A stretch of DNA of 64,000 bases from Octopus vulgaris (GCA_951406725.2 OX597823.1:68758001-68822000), one strand, 5' to 3'; positions 12,955-26,572 are shown, counted from the stretch's first letter. The notes: generated by a model from the letters alone, not told the origin. Made by a program: numbers and translations.

Positions 12955-14870
12955 ATTGGGTTATTTCTGTACTTTAGTTACAGCGTCTTTTACAAGCGTC
13001 TACATGAATGATAGAAAAGCATGTGCGCTACTAGTATTTACCTAGCAAAAAGGAAGACTTTCATTGATGCATGTAACAAGAGGCAATAACTTGTGTACAG
13101 AAAGCAAAACTGAAGCAGCATGTACTTTTCAGAAGGAAGTCCTTCCTGAATCATGTGTATCCATAAGGTTGGAGATTACCTCCAGTCTTCAGTAGCATTA
13201 AGCAAATGAGAAATAAAGATTCTCCTACATGGGATGCCAATCTATTTCAGGTTGCTTTTCCATTGAAGGAATAGAAGACTACAACTGAATGAATTACTAT
13301 AAAATTGTATAGTGCAGCCACTGCCTACTACAGTGAATTGAACCACATGATGTACCTACTTTAGGCAGGGTGGACTCAAACTTGGAGAGCTAAGCATTTT
13401 GATCATGTGTACAATGAAATGCCAGTCATATAATATGAACTGTCAACCTCCCAGCTGGTTGACCACTACTTTAATTCAGCCATCCATGCTCTGGTTTACA
13501 AAAACGCTATGAGTTATTTCTTGATTCAGTTTCTACACTCTGGATTGTAACATGTAACAGAAAACTATTAAAAGAAAATCTTTCCTCAGGACATTTTAAG
13601 AATATTTATATCTATTTTCTGTATGTTTTAATAAATGGTGAATATAACATTTAGTTCAGATAAGTTACATAATATTTGAGAAATTATTAAATGAATCAAT
13701 TATAATACAATTAATTGAATAATTTAAAAGCACAAAGAATTTTTTTCTGATATAACGAATAAGAGTAAGCAGAGAAAAAAAATAACATTTAAAATACCAT
13801 AAATGAAAATCTCTGATTCTGCTACAGAAGAAATAATCTTACATTTCATTTTATTTAGATATTTTATTAATTGTATCCCCTTATCAAAAGAAGTGAAACA
13901 CATGTTTTGACACATAGATAATTAATAAACATTGCATCTGGGTTCATTGAATAAAAGTAAGCTATCATACACATAATACTGGAATCCCTACAAAATCTTT
14001 TCTTAGATTACATAAAATATAATCTTTGCTAACGTTAAAATTATGAAATGCAGCAAAGATTACTTTTCTGCTGATGTATGTTGAATAAAAATATTGGTAG
14101 TTCTCATTTATGGCATTTAGGAACTTAATTAAGAGTACATTCTGATGGGATAGATAGAAATTATAGGAAACGCACCTAATATTATTTCAGACATAAGTCA
14201 CTGGAGATATTTGAAGACAGTAAGAAAAGAAAATGCAGACAGCTATAAAGATTTATGGTAAATATCCAAGGAGAGAAAGGGAGTATGTAAGGAGAGCAGT
14301 CAAGGAAAGGAACTGCTAAGAAAATAACAACATAAATCATATTTCAAAAAATGGTAAAACAAATGACACTTACTATAATTTTTAGAGACTCTAACCAGAT
14401 TTGAATGTATATGTAAGAGCCCAGATCCAAATCAAAAAGAATGTATTTGGTAGAGCGTATGTCATATCATAGCTCCAGTTAGAATTGTCAACTTAAAAGA
14501 GAGTTAGCTATAACATACCATGAACAAATGAATGAGAGGAATATACCATTATGAGATGAAATAAAGGGGAGGTTAGGCAACATAGTGAAGTTGAATGTAG
14601 GAGCTTCAACTATAAGTAGTAGAGATTATGCATTTACCATTTCTTCTTGAGAGTAGTAACTAAATAATTAGAAATCACTGCCCGCATGACGATAGATGTC
14701 AACCAGATTTTAGTCTTAATTTAGAAGTAATGGAATTGTAAATTTTCATAGAAATATAGAAGATGAAAAACAAATTGCAAAACAAAACAAAATGATTACG
14801 GTAAAAGCGGTAGGTTGGAGAATTTTAAAAACAAGTGGTTAATCACACAAAGCATGGAACTGAAACTCAC

Positions 14871-15028
14871 CATAACATTATTCCATTCTTGCAGACACTA
14901 CTGCTGTGGCTGCTGCTGCTGCGATCATAGACTGTTGCAATGCTGTTTCTATTGATCTACTTCTCACCATGATCATTCCACAGCTTCTACACTGCTGATG
15001 AGGTTCTATCTTTTTTAGCCTACCGGCT
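14871..15028 (-). CDS. Candidate exon AGRLKKIEPHQQCRSCGMIMVRSRSIETALQQSMIAAAAATAVVSARME*
   Basis: Acceptor ctccaag, 49 open codons in phase 2 matching the GA|gtttgt donor at 19783, stop at 14880-14878, then a consensus donor ATG|gtgagt 7 nt later. Confidence 0.55.
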
Positions 15029-15201
15029 CTTGGAGCAGCAGCAGCAGTAGCAGTTGCAATAGCGGTAGCAGCAACAGTAGCAGTCATAAGAAGAGCAACA
15101 GCAGCAGAAGCAATACTAAGCATGATAACAGCAGTTCTAGCAGCAGTTACTGCAACAAAAGCATTGAAGTAAAAGCAAAGCAACTTGTCAAAATACAAAA
15201 A

Positions 15202-15257
<56 letters not shown>

Positions 15258-15259
15258 TA
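15202..15259. repeat. (AAT)n microsatellite
   Basis: Visible repeat. Confidence 0.95.
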
Positions 15260-15839
15260 AAAGAACAAAAACCATCAGAATTGCAGCTGAAAATAATGAG
15301 AATTTATAATATCAGTTAGAAGGCTGTGGTAATGATCTGTATTTTCTTTGCTATACTATTGATATCAATACAATTCTTCAGCTTCCATCCGAACCCTTAT
15401 ACCCATTAATTATTCTACACCTTTTTCTAATTAGCACTGTCATCTCCTTCTCGTCCATCATTCATTCATATTTCTTCTCTCTTTTCCTATTTTCACTTGG
15501 CTGGTTCTTTCTATTCTTTTTGCTTTCTTTCTCTTTCATTTAACCATAGTAGTGCTATTACAAACATTTTTCCAACACTTCTAGTTGTTTCCCTTTGATG
15601 ATGGAACAGTTCCAAACTTGTACATTGCTGCAAAATGCAGTTTTATCCAACCAAATTTAAGCAGTATATTCTCTTATATCAATTGTATTCCACTCTCGGA
15701 CTTCTTTCATAGGACATGAAAACAGTTTCTCCCTTCATTAAACGATGTAAAAAATATATTTTTACATTAAAATCATTAAATATTTCAAAAATGTCTTTTT
15801 AAATATATTTTCTTTGCATCTAATACTATGATTGTTTCC

Positions 15840-15986
15840 TTTCTCTCACTCTGTCTGTCTGTCTGTCTCTCTCTTTCTCTCTTTTACTCACACACACATG
15901 CACACAACACAAACAAAACACACACACATAACACACATACACACAACATACACAAACATACAGACAACACACACACAATACACATG

Positions 15987-16030
<44 letters not shown>
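15840..16030. repeat. Compound (CT/CTGT)n-(CA)n microsatellite
   Basis: Visible repeat. Confidence 0.9.
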
Positions 16031-16031
<1 letters not shown>

Positions 16032-16279
16032 GTATGAATAAACTCCATAATAACATAGTATCTAAAATATTAATTCTTTAGAGATGTCTGTCATCTAAAA
16101 GCTGGATCAGAAATAAAGAATTTAGCACAATGCAATACTTTCTCAGCAAGGGCTACATAAGTTGTAAAACACTACAATAACCAATCTATTAGTGTATTTT
16201 ATGTACCTAGGTAACCAAGGACTACAGAGTGAGTAAGTGAATGAGAGAAAAAAAACTATGAAAGTTGAGATCAAACTGT

Positions 16280-16563
16280 TGTTATTTGTTGTTGGGGGCC
16301 GGTTTCCCAGTTTCCTTGACGTATAGGTTCCCCACCTGGACGGGACACCGGTCTGGTGCAGGTGAGCTGCTAGATACAGGAGGAAGGAGTGAGAGAAAGT
16401 TGTGGCGAAAGAGTCAGCAGAAGTTCACCATTACCTTCTGCCAGAGCCGTGTGGAGCTTAGGTGTTTCGCTCATAAACACACACATCGCCCGGTCTGAGA
16501 TTCGAACCCGAGATCCCTCGATTGCGAATCCACTGCTCTAACCACTAGGCCATGTGCCTCCAC
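16280..16563 (-). mobile_element. tRNA-derived SINE, family D variant 2, with TSD
   Basis: Minus strand GGAGGCACATGGCCTAGTGGTTAGAGC (A box) ... GGTTCGAATCTC (B box); flanked by agatcaaactg (16268) and agatcaaattg (16567). Confidence 0.85.
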
Positions 16564-19500
16564 TAAGATCAAATTGCAGTAAGCATGGGGCTAACTTTGT
16601 TCTCATTGTCATCATTATCATCACTTAATGTTTGTGTACTCTGCCAGCATAGGTTGGATAGTTTGACAGGATCTTCTGGGAACAAGAATTGCCATCTTCA
16701 ATTGTGCATATACATCCCCCCCACTTCCCGAACTTAGTATTGATGAGATTGGTAGGTCTTCTTAACAAGTGCATTTTACTAATCATCCCAGTCCCTTGTC
16801 ATCTCCTCTGTAAGGTCCAATGCTCTGACCTCAGCCTTTACCACTTACTTTCTGAATCACTTGAATCTACAAGCTCCATTCACATTATGTGATTGGCACT
16901 CTTTTATACAGCTGTATACCTGACTCCTCTTATGACCAGTTTCTCCCTCAGCACCATTAAACTACCTCATTCATACATACTTACAATGCACATTGAACAG
17001 AGCATACTTTATTTTTTTCCAGTCTTCTCTAGTTCTTTGCATTCAAGGTATGTGTCTCACTACCATGAATGTAAGAAGTATTTCATGAGAAGATAATGTA
17101 TCTACTGCCATCCAATATTTTCTGAAATTTAATTACAATGCATCATTTTAAATATTCACTTCATTCATATTTTAAAAATGTAAATAATTTATTCAGAGAG
17201 TTACTATGGCTTACATTTTTATTTAACATTCTCAGTCTTGTTTTATTTTATCCCAAGTAAAATATGTTGTAAACTGGACAGAATAAATGAATAAGCATAT
17301 ATAGAGAAGGAGTCAATAAAAAACATGCTTCAGAATCTATAATTTTGATCGCAAACATATATACAAAACAATTAGACTAATAAAATGATATTCACTCATC
17401 ATAAACATCTTTCTATTGCTATTCATTACAAATGGAAACAAACAATCAAAGTCAACCAAATTTACAACTGGAAATGAACATGCAGATGAGAGTCAGCAGA
17501 ATAGCTGACAATCAACAGCACAATCACCAATTAATATCCTGTTATCTTTGACAGTTGCTGTGTGTATCTCCAGTCAGACACTTCACTTTTAATGTCCAGG
17601 TTTGCTTAACTGTGCATATACTGTTAGAAATAAAAGTACAATTTGCATGAATAAAAAACTTCATTAGTGCAGATTTACACCCAGTATGTGATGGACCCAC
17701 AATTATAAGTACTGTGGTTACTATAACACATTAATATCAACAGTGACAGCACCTTAGAATTAATGAGAGATTCATATTTCTTGGTATTGAATTCAACTAC
17801 TTTTATGGAAAATGTTAACTTTGGAAAAAGTAAACTCTATGATGTAGGTGTGACAAATGTGCTGCAGTTTACTAGTAAGATATAAACATTGAATTAAGAT
17901 TATATGTATAGCTTGAAAAGATATGGAGCTTGAAAAACAGTGCATAGGAGTGCTGAGGGAGTTACTGTGAATTAAGAATTGATTGCATGAGTGAAACAAC
18001 TGCACTGGTAATATGCTTCAGAATAACATCTTTTCTCAGAGAGGAGGAGATGTCATATCAGTTTAACTCAGTTAACACTTATAAGGCATTTATAGTGCTT
18101 CTACACAGTTATTGAATCTGCTGAAATTAGCAACTAAATTGCTTTCAAATCTCACAGTACTTCTTATAAAAGGAATGAGCTAGTGGATAATATAATCCTA
18201 AATAAGCTAATCAAGTAGACTTGTCAAAAGTCTACTTGATTAGGGCTAACCTGTAGCTAAGCTACTTTCACGGAATTTGGGGAAAATGATAATTGCATGG
18301 TTCTTTGTGATTCAAAACATCATTATAATCAGTATTTAATGTTCACTTCTCACATTTTGCTTAACTGTTTTTCATGCAAGTTAACATTGCAGATCAAATG
18401 GGTCATGCTCACTTCCTTTTGTTTTGATATCTGTACTTCATCCTAATTCAATGTTCCTGTATCACTAGTAACACTTCTAATACAGTCTGCATTTTTTCAA
18501 AGAGAAACAGTTTGTTGCCAGTATAGTCAATAGCTCCTTGAAAGCTGTTTCACTAATTTCTTTAGTAAATGTAAACTATCAACTATGGCTAATGAGCTTT
18601 CTGAATAGATCAAAAACTCCATTTCATGTTTGTCCTGGAACACAAGCATTCCAATTCCACTACTGTACACACAATAAATTTCCAAAAACAATTCTTCTTA
18701 CATATCAAGTACAGCCATGTTCCAGACAGCATAGAGATTTTGAACTCTCTGTAATTCTCATTTTCCTTGTTGCTATGTTACTTTTGGCCTTTGGACACTA
18801 AACCATTCTTTTGAGTGTGGAACTTTTCAGGCAATTCTTCATCACACTCAGATAAAAAAACAAGGCTTGGGAACTTTATATGGTGATGGTTCATTCTCTT
18901 ATAGCATCAAGAACAATACTAATAAGATAGAGTTAGCACAGAGCTCTATTGAATACTTACTTTTACATGAAATAAATTCATCACTGAACTTGCTTCTAAC
19001 TCTAAAATTGCTTTCAGCAGTATACATAGCTTGCATGACTCACACAAACATTTCTTTAACCCATAATTCCTTTAGCTCTCAAGCTAAAAAACCTTTTCTG
19101 TATCATCAAACGAAGAATAGAGGAATTTGTTCACAGAAGAGAATTTTTAAAAGTTAATTGTATCACAATATAACATCCATGTTTACATATCACTTTCAAA
19201 ATTAGCCAATTTTAGGCCTCTGTCTGTCTGTCTCTCTGTCTCTCTCTCTCTCTCTCTCCAGAATATATCTTCATTGCTAAGTAGAAATAAAAACCTCAAA
19301 AGAAAGAAAATCCAGATGGCCTCTGTTGCTTGAGGTTGACCATGCATCTGGATGTATGTGGACTTGAGCAAGATTTTACTTTTGAGGAAGACTATTAAGT
19401 TGCCCACACATGCGCCTCTCTAACCCTCCAAGTTTTATCCAGAGGAAAGTTTGCTTATTTAGGACAATGTAACTTGGCAGAAGTGTCATTGCAGGTGTTA

Positions 19501-19782
19501 CTGTTGGAATGCAAAGAACCAGAATAGATTTCTTAAATATCTGTCCTACTCTCCAACAGTTCCACCAATCCAATACCCTAAATATAGGAAATTAAAAGTT
19601 AAATAGGTCATAGTTAAGTTTTAATCAGTCTTAATTAGTGTGTGTAATGAAGAATATCCTTTCACACAATACCAAGCATACAGAGTTTAAAATCATATTA
19701 TGTTATAGATATGAAAAAGATTGATATTTAGATACCTGTCTGTACTCTAAAAAAGACAAAAAAAAAAATACATAGAACAAAC

Positions 19783-19928
19783 TCTATAATCTTTTTTGCT
19801 TCTATCTTGTGAAGACGTCTCCCCAGAGAGTATGAAGTTACAAAAGATGCATCTGAATACACCGCTACACAATGACCTGCATACAACCGAGTTCTTATTT
19901 CCTTTTCTTTCTTGGCATCAGTCAAAAT
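19783..19928 (-). CDS. Candidate internal coding exon ILTDAKKEKEIRTRLYAGHCVAVYSDASFVTSYSLGRRLHKIEAKKII(E); may extend to a second donor at 19736
   Basis: Acceptor tgattgatcag, phase 0, 48 open codons, higher GC with retained CpGs in a CpG-poor background, donor GA|gtttgt. Product not recognised. Confidence 0.6.
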
Positions 19929-20371
19929 CTGATCAATCAAATGTTAGCAATGATTAAAAATATCATCAAAGCAATATTGGTTTCTTATATTTTCAAAAGA
20001 TTTTTTTTTTTTACTATAATCAATTGAATCAGCTATGAAACTTGCCTGATACTTATTAGCCATACATCTATGGAAGAAGAGGTGGCTCTAAAGAGGTTTG
20101 AACTCAGAAAATTTGATAAACTAAATACTGCATTTCTATCTTCTCTACCACCTTGTACACAAAATATTTATCAGAAACATTACTTTCAATTGGGTCTAGA
20201 AGCCTTGTGTTGCCAGTAAGAGGGACATTAGATTTGGCTGTGCCACTTTTAGTTTGTTGTTTCGGAGCCAGGTTTCTGAGTGATTAACATGAAGTTGGAG
20301 TAACCATGAAGCTGTAGCTGCACAATACTTGGGAGAGTGCGGGTACCATGTATTTTGTAGAAGTTCTGCAA

Positions 20372-20633
20372 ATCATCATCATCATCATCATCATCATTAT
20401 CGTCGTTTAACGTCCGCTTTCCATGCTAGCATGAGTTGGACGGTTCAACTGGGGTCTGGGAAGCCAGAAGGCTGCACCAGGCCCAGTCTGATCTGACAGT
20501 GTTTCTACAGCTGGATGCCCTTCCTAACGCCAACCACTCCGTGAGTGTAGTGGCTGCTTTTTACGTGCCACCAGCACAGGGGCCAGATGAGGCTGGCAAA
20601 CGGCCATGATCGGATGGTGCTTTTTACGTGCCA
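20372..20633 (-). mobile_element. Family C RTE-type 3' end with (GAT)n tail
   Basis: Reverse complement of the element at 10700-11052. Confidence 0.9.
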
Positions 20634-21187
20634 TTGTTCAATTGCATTTCTCTGGTTTTTGGTAAGTACATGCTAAAGGTTTTTAGATGTTGTTTTGTGC
20701 AAAAACCATATCAGTTATGTTCTGATGATGACCACATAGTGAAAAAAGTACTTTCCTTTGATAGACATTTATCATTACAACTATTTATTCAAGATATAAC
20801 AATTCTGTTTGCTTTGCTGATGTACTATATTCAGGATTACTTTATCCAATATACTTCTCCACTTTTTTTTTAAAGAAAGTAGACTATTATTTGGGATGAA
20901 ATTTGGCTGTATTTTCATTGGCTCAACAATTTCTGGTGATTTCCTATGACAAACTAATATATACAACGTTATTTAAAATGAATTAGTTTTCTCTTTCAGC
21001 TCAGATCAGTAGATGACAAAAATCAAGTATAACCTACTTTAAACAACTGCTTACACGATTAGAATGGCATGGCTGCTAGACGTGCAAACATCTTAAGAGT
21101 GCATCAGTAAAAAGACCATGTAGTGAACTGGCAAAGACTCATTTACTAGCATAATATACTGAGCTGTAGTCTCCTCTAATTCTTTTT

Positions 21188-21236
<49 letters not shown>

Positions 21237-21246
21237 TAATACTACT
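21188..21246. repeat. (ACT)n microsatellite
   Basis: Visible repeat. Confidence 0.9.
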
Positions 21247-23219
21247 GGCTTCTATGTTTTGAGCTTCTCACCTCAACCCAAGCCCATCTCTGATGCACTT
21301 GTATGTTCTTTTGCCCATTTAGTTTATCCTGCAAGAACCTTGCATTAAACATTTGATCAACCCTTTTACTCCATAGCTGCAGTCTTCTGGAACTCTTTCT
21401 CTGCTCATGTTATTGATTAGCTCTACATCAGCCTTGATCAAATAGATCTATGAACACAGGTATTCCAAAGTTGACTACCCTGTCTTTCATTTCTGAGACA
21501 GAGTCTCTTGGATTACACTATCAAATGTACCATCTTTTTTTTTAAGCAATAAAGTATGATTTGATGGAGATTTATCCAGTTTCTTACAGGTCAAGTGACA
21601 TTCTCAATGGCTCAGGCATCAACTTCTAAATTCAGGCATTAATTTCTAACAGTATATAAGGTCAACAATTGACCTTATCTATCCCAGATCACCTGAAAAA
21701 TCAGTATTTCATTCACCTCCATTAAAAATATTATAATAAACCTTAGAAACATAAATAAATTCTTACATATACAGAATGGTAATCACAGCCAAAATATATT
21801 AGAATTAAAAGGTAGAGTTAACTAAGTTGTAGAAAGCAAAATAAAAATGTATATTATGACAGTACTAAATCTAAATAGAATAAATATTATGGCTTTAAAT
21901 CTCTTTGAACGAAATGGTTCCGATAAAATGCTAGAATAAGTATTAAAGTGCAACACTATTCTTATATAGTGGCTATTTTAATGCTATAGCTATTCAACTT
22001 ACATTTCATATATCTAGTTGAATGATGCAGACAAAGGCTGTCATTCAACAACAGAATCAGTATATTGCATTGCATTATTGTATGAAATGTATTTTGTAGC
22101 ATTATGACACAAAACACCAGATAATAGGTTATACAAAACTATTGACAAGTAATTTGGTGACCTACAGTTCTGAGATTGAATCTTGTGATCATTGACTCAT
22201 TTTATGTAGTAAGAGAAATGAAATTCTAATATCTGACTCTGAAAGTCCACAAGTTTCCTTTAAATATATATAAATGATGTTTCAGATACTAGAAACTATC
22301 CAGCAACATACACCCTATATAATATACAAAGATTTTGTCTCTAAGTATAACCTATTATGTCACACAATGCATTGTACTATAAAACACGTTATCAAAGCCT
22401 GTTTTCCTAACAGATAAAGTGTATAATTCTATAAAATGTCACTAAATCCATTGAACACAGATATACTACACAGTTTGTAACCAACTACATTATCCTCTCT
22501 TATCAAAAAGTGATGAGATTCTAAGAATAAAAATTGCAGTAATCTAATTGATGATCTCATTTCTCATATTCATGCATCCAAAATTCACTTTACAGGTAAA
22601 CTAAATATACTACTATATATTGAAATTATAAATGATACACTACATTCAATAAAATGTTCTTACTCTGTAACAAAAAAAAACAACAAAATCATTCTTATGT
22701 TATAAACCAGCTTTTCATCAAGAAATTAGATAAATTATTGCATAATTTTAATATAATATCATTATACCAAGCTAAAACAAATAATTTGTACCCATATGAC
22801 ACAGTCAGTTAACTCAATACTATTAAGAAACTGTTTGCTTGGTCACTCACTGTTACATATCAGTTGTTTTAAACCCTTAGTATTGTTTAATGGTCTACTC
22901 ATATCAAATATCTACATTCATTAGCCACCAGGAGTTATACAGCCAAGAAAATAAAAAAACAGGATAAGACATCTAAAACAAAAGTATTGATTATAGAGAT
23001 ATTGCCATTGAATCAACAACATTATACTTGTTCTTGTATTAATAAAATCATTTACCACAAGCAAACCCCATCAAGAAACTTACAAGGTCTTTTGGGAGTA
23101 ATATTAGGTGCAGATTATTTAATTTCAGTTTTGTTTGTCAGTTAGCATCTGCTAATTGGTCTCAAGTCTATGCCGATATCTAGTAGTTAGCGGTCTCTGT
23201 CTGCTGCAGGCTATACCTG

Positions 23220-23288
23220 TTAATTGGTACCAAGTGCTGCTAACAGTTTTGTCTGTAGCTCCTTGTCTATATCAGCTACAGGCAATTC
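23220..23288 (-). CDS. Candidate terminal coding exon ELPVADIDKELQTKLLAALGTN*
   Basis: Acceptor ttaattatcag, phase 0, protein-like amphipathic peptide, similarity to the exon at 19928, downstream donor-like sites (gtatag right after the stop; CCTT|gtaagt at 23084). Confidence 0.55.
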   Translation of the reverse strand, partial: ELPVADIDKELQTKLLAALGTN

Positions 23289-26164
23289 CTGATAATTAAT
23301 ACCAAATGATAGATTTATTCCAAATAAGTATGAAAAGAGATATTCAGTGCTACATTTCAGAAAACAGAGCAGAAAACTATGTTTTGATAAATTATAATAG
23401 AAAGCAAAGTTGGTTTGTACTGAAGAGAGATAACAATTTCTTACATTGGCACAATGTAACATTTTCACTGGAGAAGGTGTAGCTAATTGGATGAAGCATA
23501 TTACACACTTTAAACTTATTTCAACAAGCATGGAAGAATGAAAGATAAAGTGAACCTCAAAACAAGCTTTGGACACAGAACACAGAACAATATAATTAAA
23601 TATCCCAAGGCATTTAGTCTACTACTCTATCATTTATGTGACTCCACCATTCTTTACAAACAATCATATTTTAACTTATTAGTCAATTACTTCCTTTGAT
23701 TTCCCTCATATCAACTCAGCAACTTATACCTTATATTCAAATATATGCCGTAACTCACTACAACAGCCTTTATTTTCTTTCCAACTATGCTACCTTTAAC
23801 TTTTTACATCTTTTGAATCGCTCTCATTTTCATAATTTTAAGAGCAGGTAGCACTTCTGGCTACTGAAACTGCTGCTTTGAATACAAGAAAATATTTTCT
23901 AAGACAACAAACATAAAATAACCACTTTGATGATAACACAAATTTAGTGAGCAAAAGTGCAATAAGAGAAAGTGAGTAGTAGATTAAGATCAACTATTTA
24001 TGTGGGACATTGCAAACATAAAAATTCAGATATGCAGAAATATTGACATGAAGTGTATTCACTTCATTAGGAGTGAAGTCACATAAGGCAAGTGGTTAGT
24101 TGCTGGGCTCACAATCATAGGATCAGTGGTTTGACTTCTGACTTTTCTCATTACTCCAGTCTACTCAGATTATAAATGAAATACAATATGGAAATAAAAA
24201 GAAAGAGTTGCATTTAGAAAGTACAGGATGAACTTTAGTAATGTTCTGGGTTTTAAATACTGAAAAAGAAGATGTAATGACGAATTGAATATTTATAATA
24301 ACATTAAGTAACTTTGATTTTGTATTTGGTTTGTAAGATTCTTGAAGTGAAATTGTGCATTGGAACAGATCTTGAGAGGGTCATTATACCAAAAATAAAC
24401 ACATGCACTAGTTCTATTATACTTCTTTTACTATTATTGTTAGTCAAATAGCTAACCATTTAACCATTTGACTAATCAATTGTTAGATTAATTATTTGGT
24501 CAATCAACATTTAACTAGGTTTAACAGGGTCATTTGTTCGCCATTTGTGTTCTCATCAATGCCGTACAGAATGACCCTCCCAAGATACAACAAAACACAG
24601 AGTTTGTAATTTATTGAGAATTTTATAAGCGGATGTGTGAGAAATAAAGAACAGTTGAGATTTATTTATATGTGCCTGATAACACGTATCCTCTGGCCAC
24701 AATAAGGGAAATCTTATAGCCAGAAAGAAAATATTTATATAGGCTTACTAAAAGATTCGAGAATATTCCTTGTGGCATTTAAGCATAAAAATTACTTTTT
24801 CTTCTCTATTAATGCCTATCAAAAGTGTCAGTAGGCATTTTGATAAAGTTCAGGGATAGATTACTGTTAGCTTTGGTTAAAATTGTCAAATATGGTAATG
24901 CTAATTGCAAGCAGATTTAACTTTAAACCTAGATGTAAGTTCGAATCTGAAGAAGATATCTATGACAGGAAACCACTCCTCTTTTGTCATAAGTTGAACA
25001 AAATAAAGGAATGCCATGGAATATAATAATATAGTGAATGCCGTGGAATATAACAATAAACAACCAATGCAAGTTAAATAAGCAAATACCAATTAGCAGA
25101 ACAGAAAAATGAAATTGTTCAATTCAGTTCATAAATTGATGAAATTTTGGAAAATATTCTTGTATAGAAATAATCATTAAAAATTAGAAAATCAATAAGA
25201 TGCATGTGTATATACAAAAATACTTACAATGTTATATTATCAATCAAATTGTTCAGTTATGAATTGTTCAAATATTGAAAAGCTTCTTGAAATGAGATAC
25301 ATGTATGGATAAATATATGTTGCAAGTAAATTTCTTAACTGTGTGAGTGTGAAAATGCTTATGTGACAGCACTGGTGATGTAGCTGGAGAAAGTGTTTTG
25401 CATATGACAAATAGTCTGCTATAAAGAAAAACTGAGAAGTAGCAATCTGTTGTGGTTGGAAGGTTTAAACACATGGAAAAAGAGTCAGAATGTGGCTACA
25501 TACCTGTTGTATGTGAAACAAAGGTAACAATTATGGTAGTGAACAATCTGACATGGTATACTCAGTTGAGTTACACATGACACCTTTTACTTTAATTGTG
25601 GCCATACAAACCCTAGTAGAATTCAAGTGGAGTTACAAATGAAATTGCAAGCATGAACTAATTTTAGGTACTTTACATATCTCAACAGTTTTAAATGAGC
25701 AATAGTAGAAAACTGTTTTCCACGGCTCATTATAAAAATGAAGACAACCTGCTTGGCAGAGATGACAATATGGAAACTCATGTTTGTTCAGTGTTCTCTT
25801 CTTTGTCAGTGATGAAGACAATATGATGGCTTGTGTCTATGTGCTGTGGTACATTTTGAGTCTTTCAGCTTTGTAGTATGGAAAAGAGTGACTTCAGGTC
25901 AATTTCAGAGGTGTCTCCTGCCAAACAGTTGATGCTTCAGATGGACAGTGATAGATAAATTTTGTGAAAAATAGCAGAATAATCTATTACTTCAGATTTA
26001 TTTTGCTTAACATGTGCCTCATCATGACACTAGCTTGATGAAAAGTTCTGTTTAAAGTAAATAGTCAGTTGTTGCAATTAGACAAAAAAAGAATGAATAA
26101 TTATGAACTGTGATATGGATTATAATAGTAATGCACACCCATTCATATGAGCAATGTTCATATA

Positions 26165-26572
26165 CGTGCATGAGTGGCTATGTGGTAAGTAGCTTGCTTA
26201 ACAACCACATGGTTCTGGGTTCAGTCCCACTGCATGGCACTTTGAGCAAGTGCCTTCTATTCTAGCCTTGGGCCAACCAAAGCCTTGTGAGTGGATTTGG
26301 TAGACGAAAACTGAAAGAAGCCCATCGTATATGTGTATATGTATGTGTATGTGTGTGTGTTTATGTGTCTGTGTTTGTCTCCCCCAACATCACTTGACAA
26401 CCGATTCTGGTGTGTTTACGTCCCTGTAACTTAGCGGTTCGGCAAAAGAGACTGATAGAATAAGTACTAGGCTTGCAAAGAATAAGTCCTGGGGTCGATT
26501 TGCACGACTAAAGGTGGTGCTCCAGCATGGGCACAGTCAAATGACTGAAGCAAGTAAAAGAGTAAAAGAGTA
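26165..26572 (+). mobile_element. SINE family A
   Basis: Full-length copy with a (GTAAAAGA)n tail. Confidence 0.92.

Noticed and set aside
16490-16563. tRNA-like sequence
   Set aside because: Head of a SINE with body, tail and TSD; not a free-standing tRNA gene.
19840-19870. VAVYSDASF resembles an LTR-retrotransposon RNase H motif
   Set aside because: No other pol motifs nearby; the segment has exon boundaries and an intact frame.
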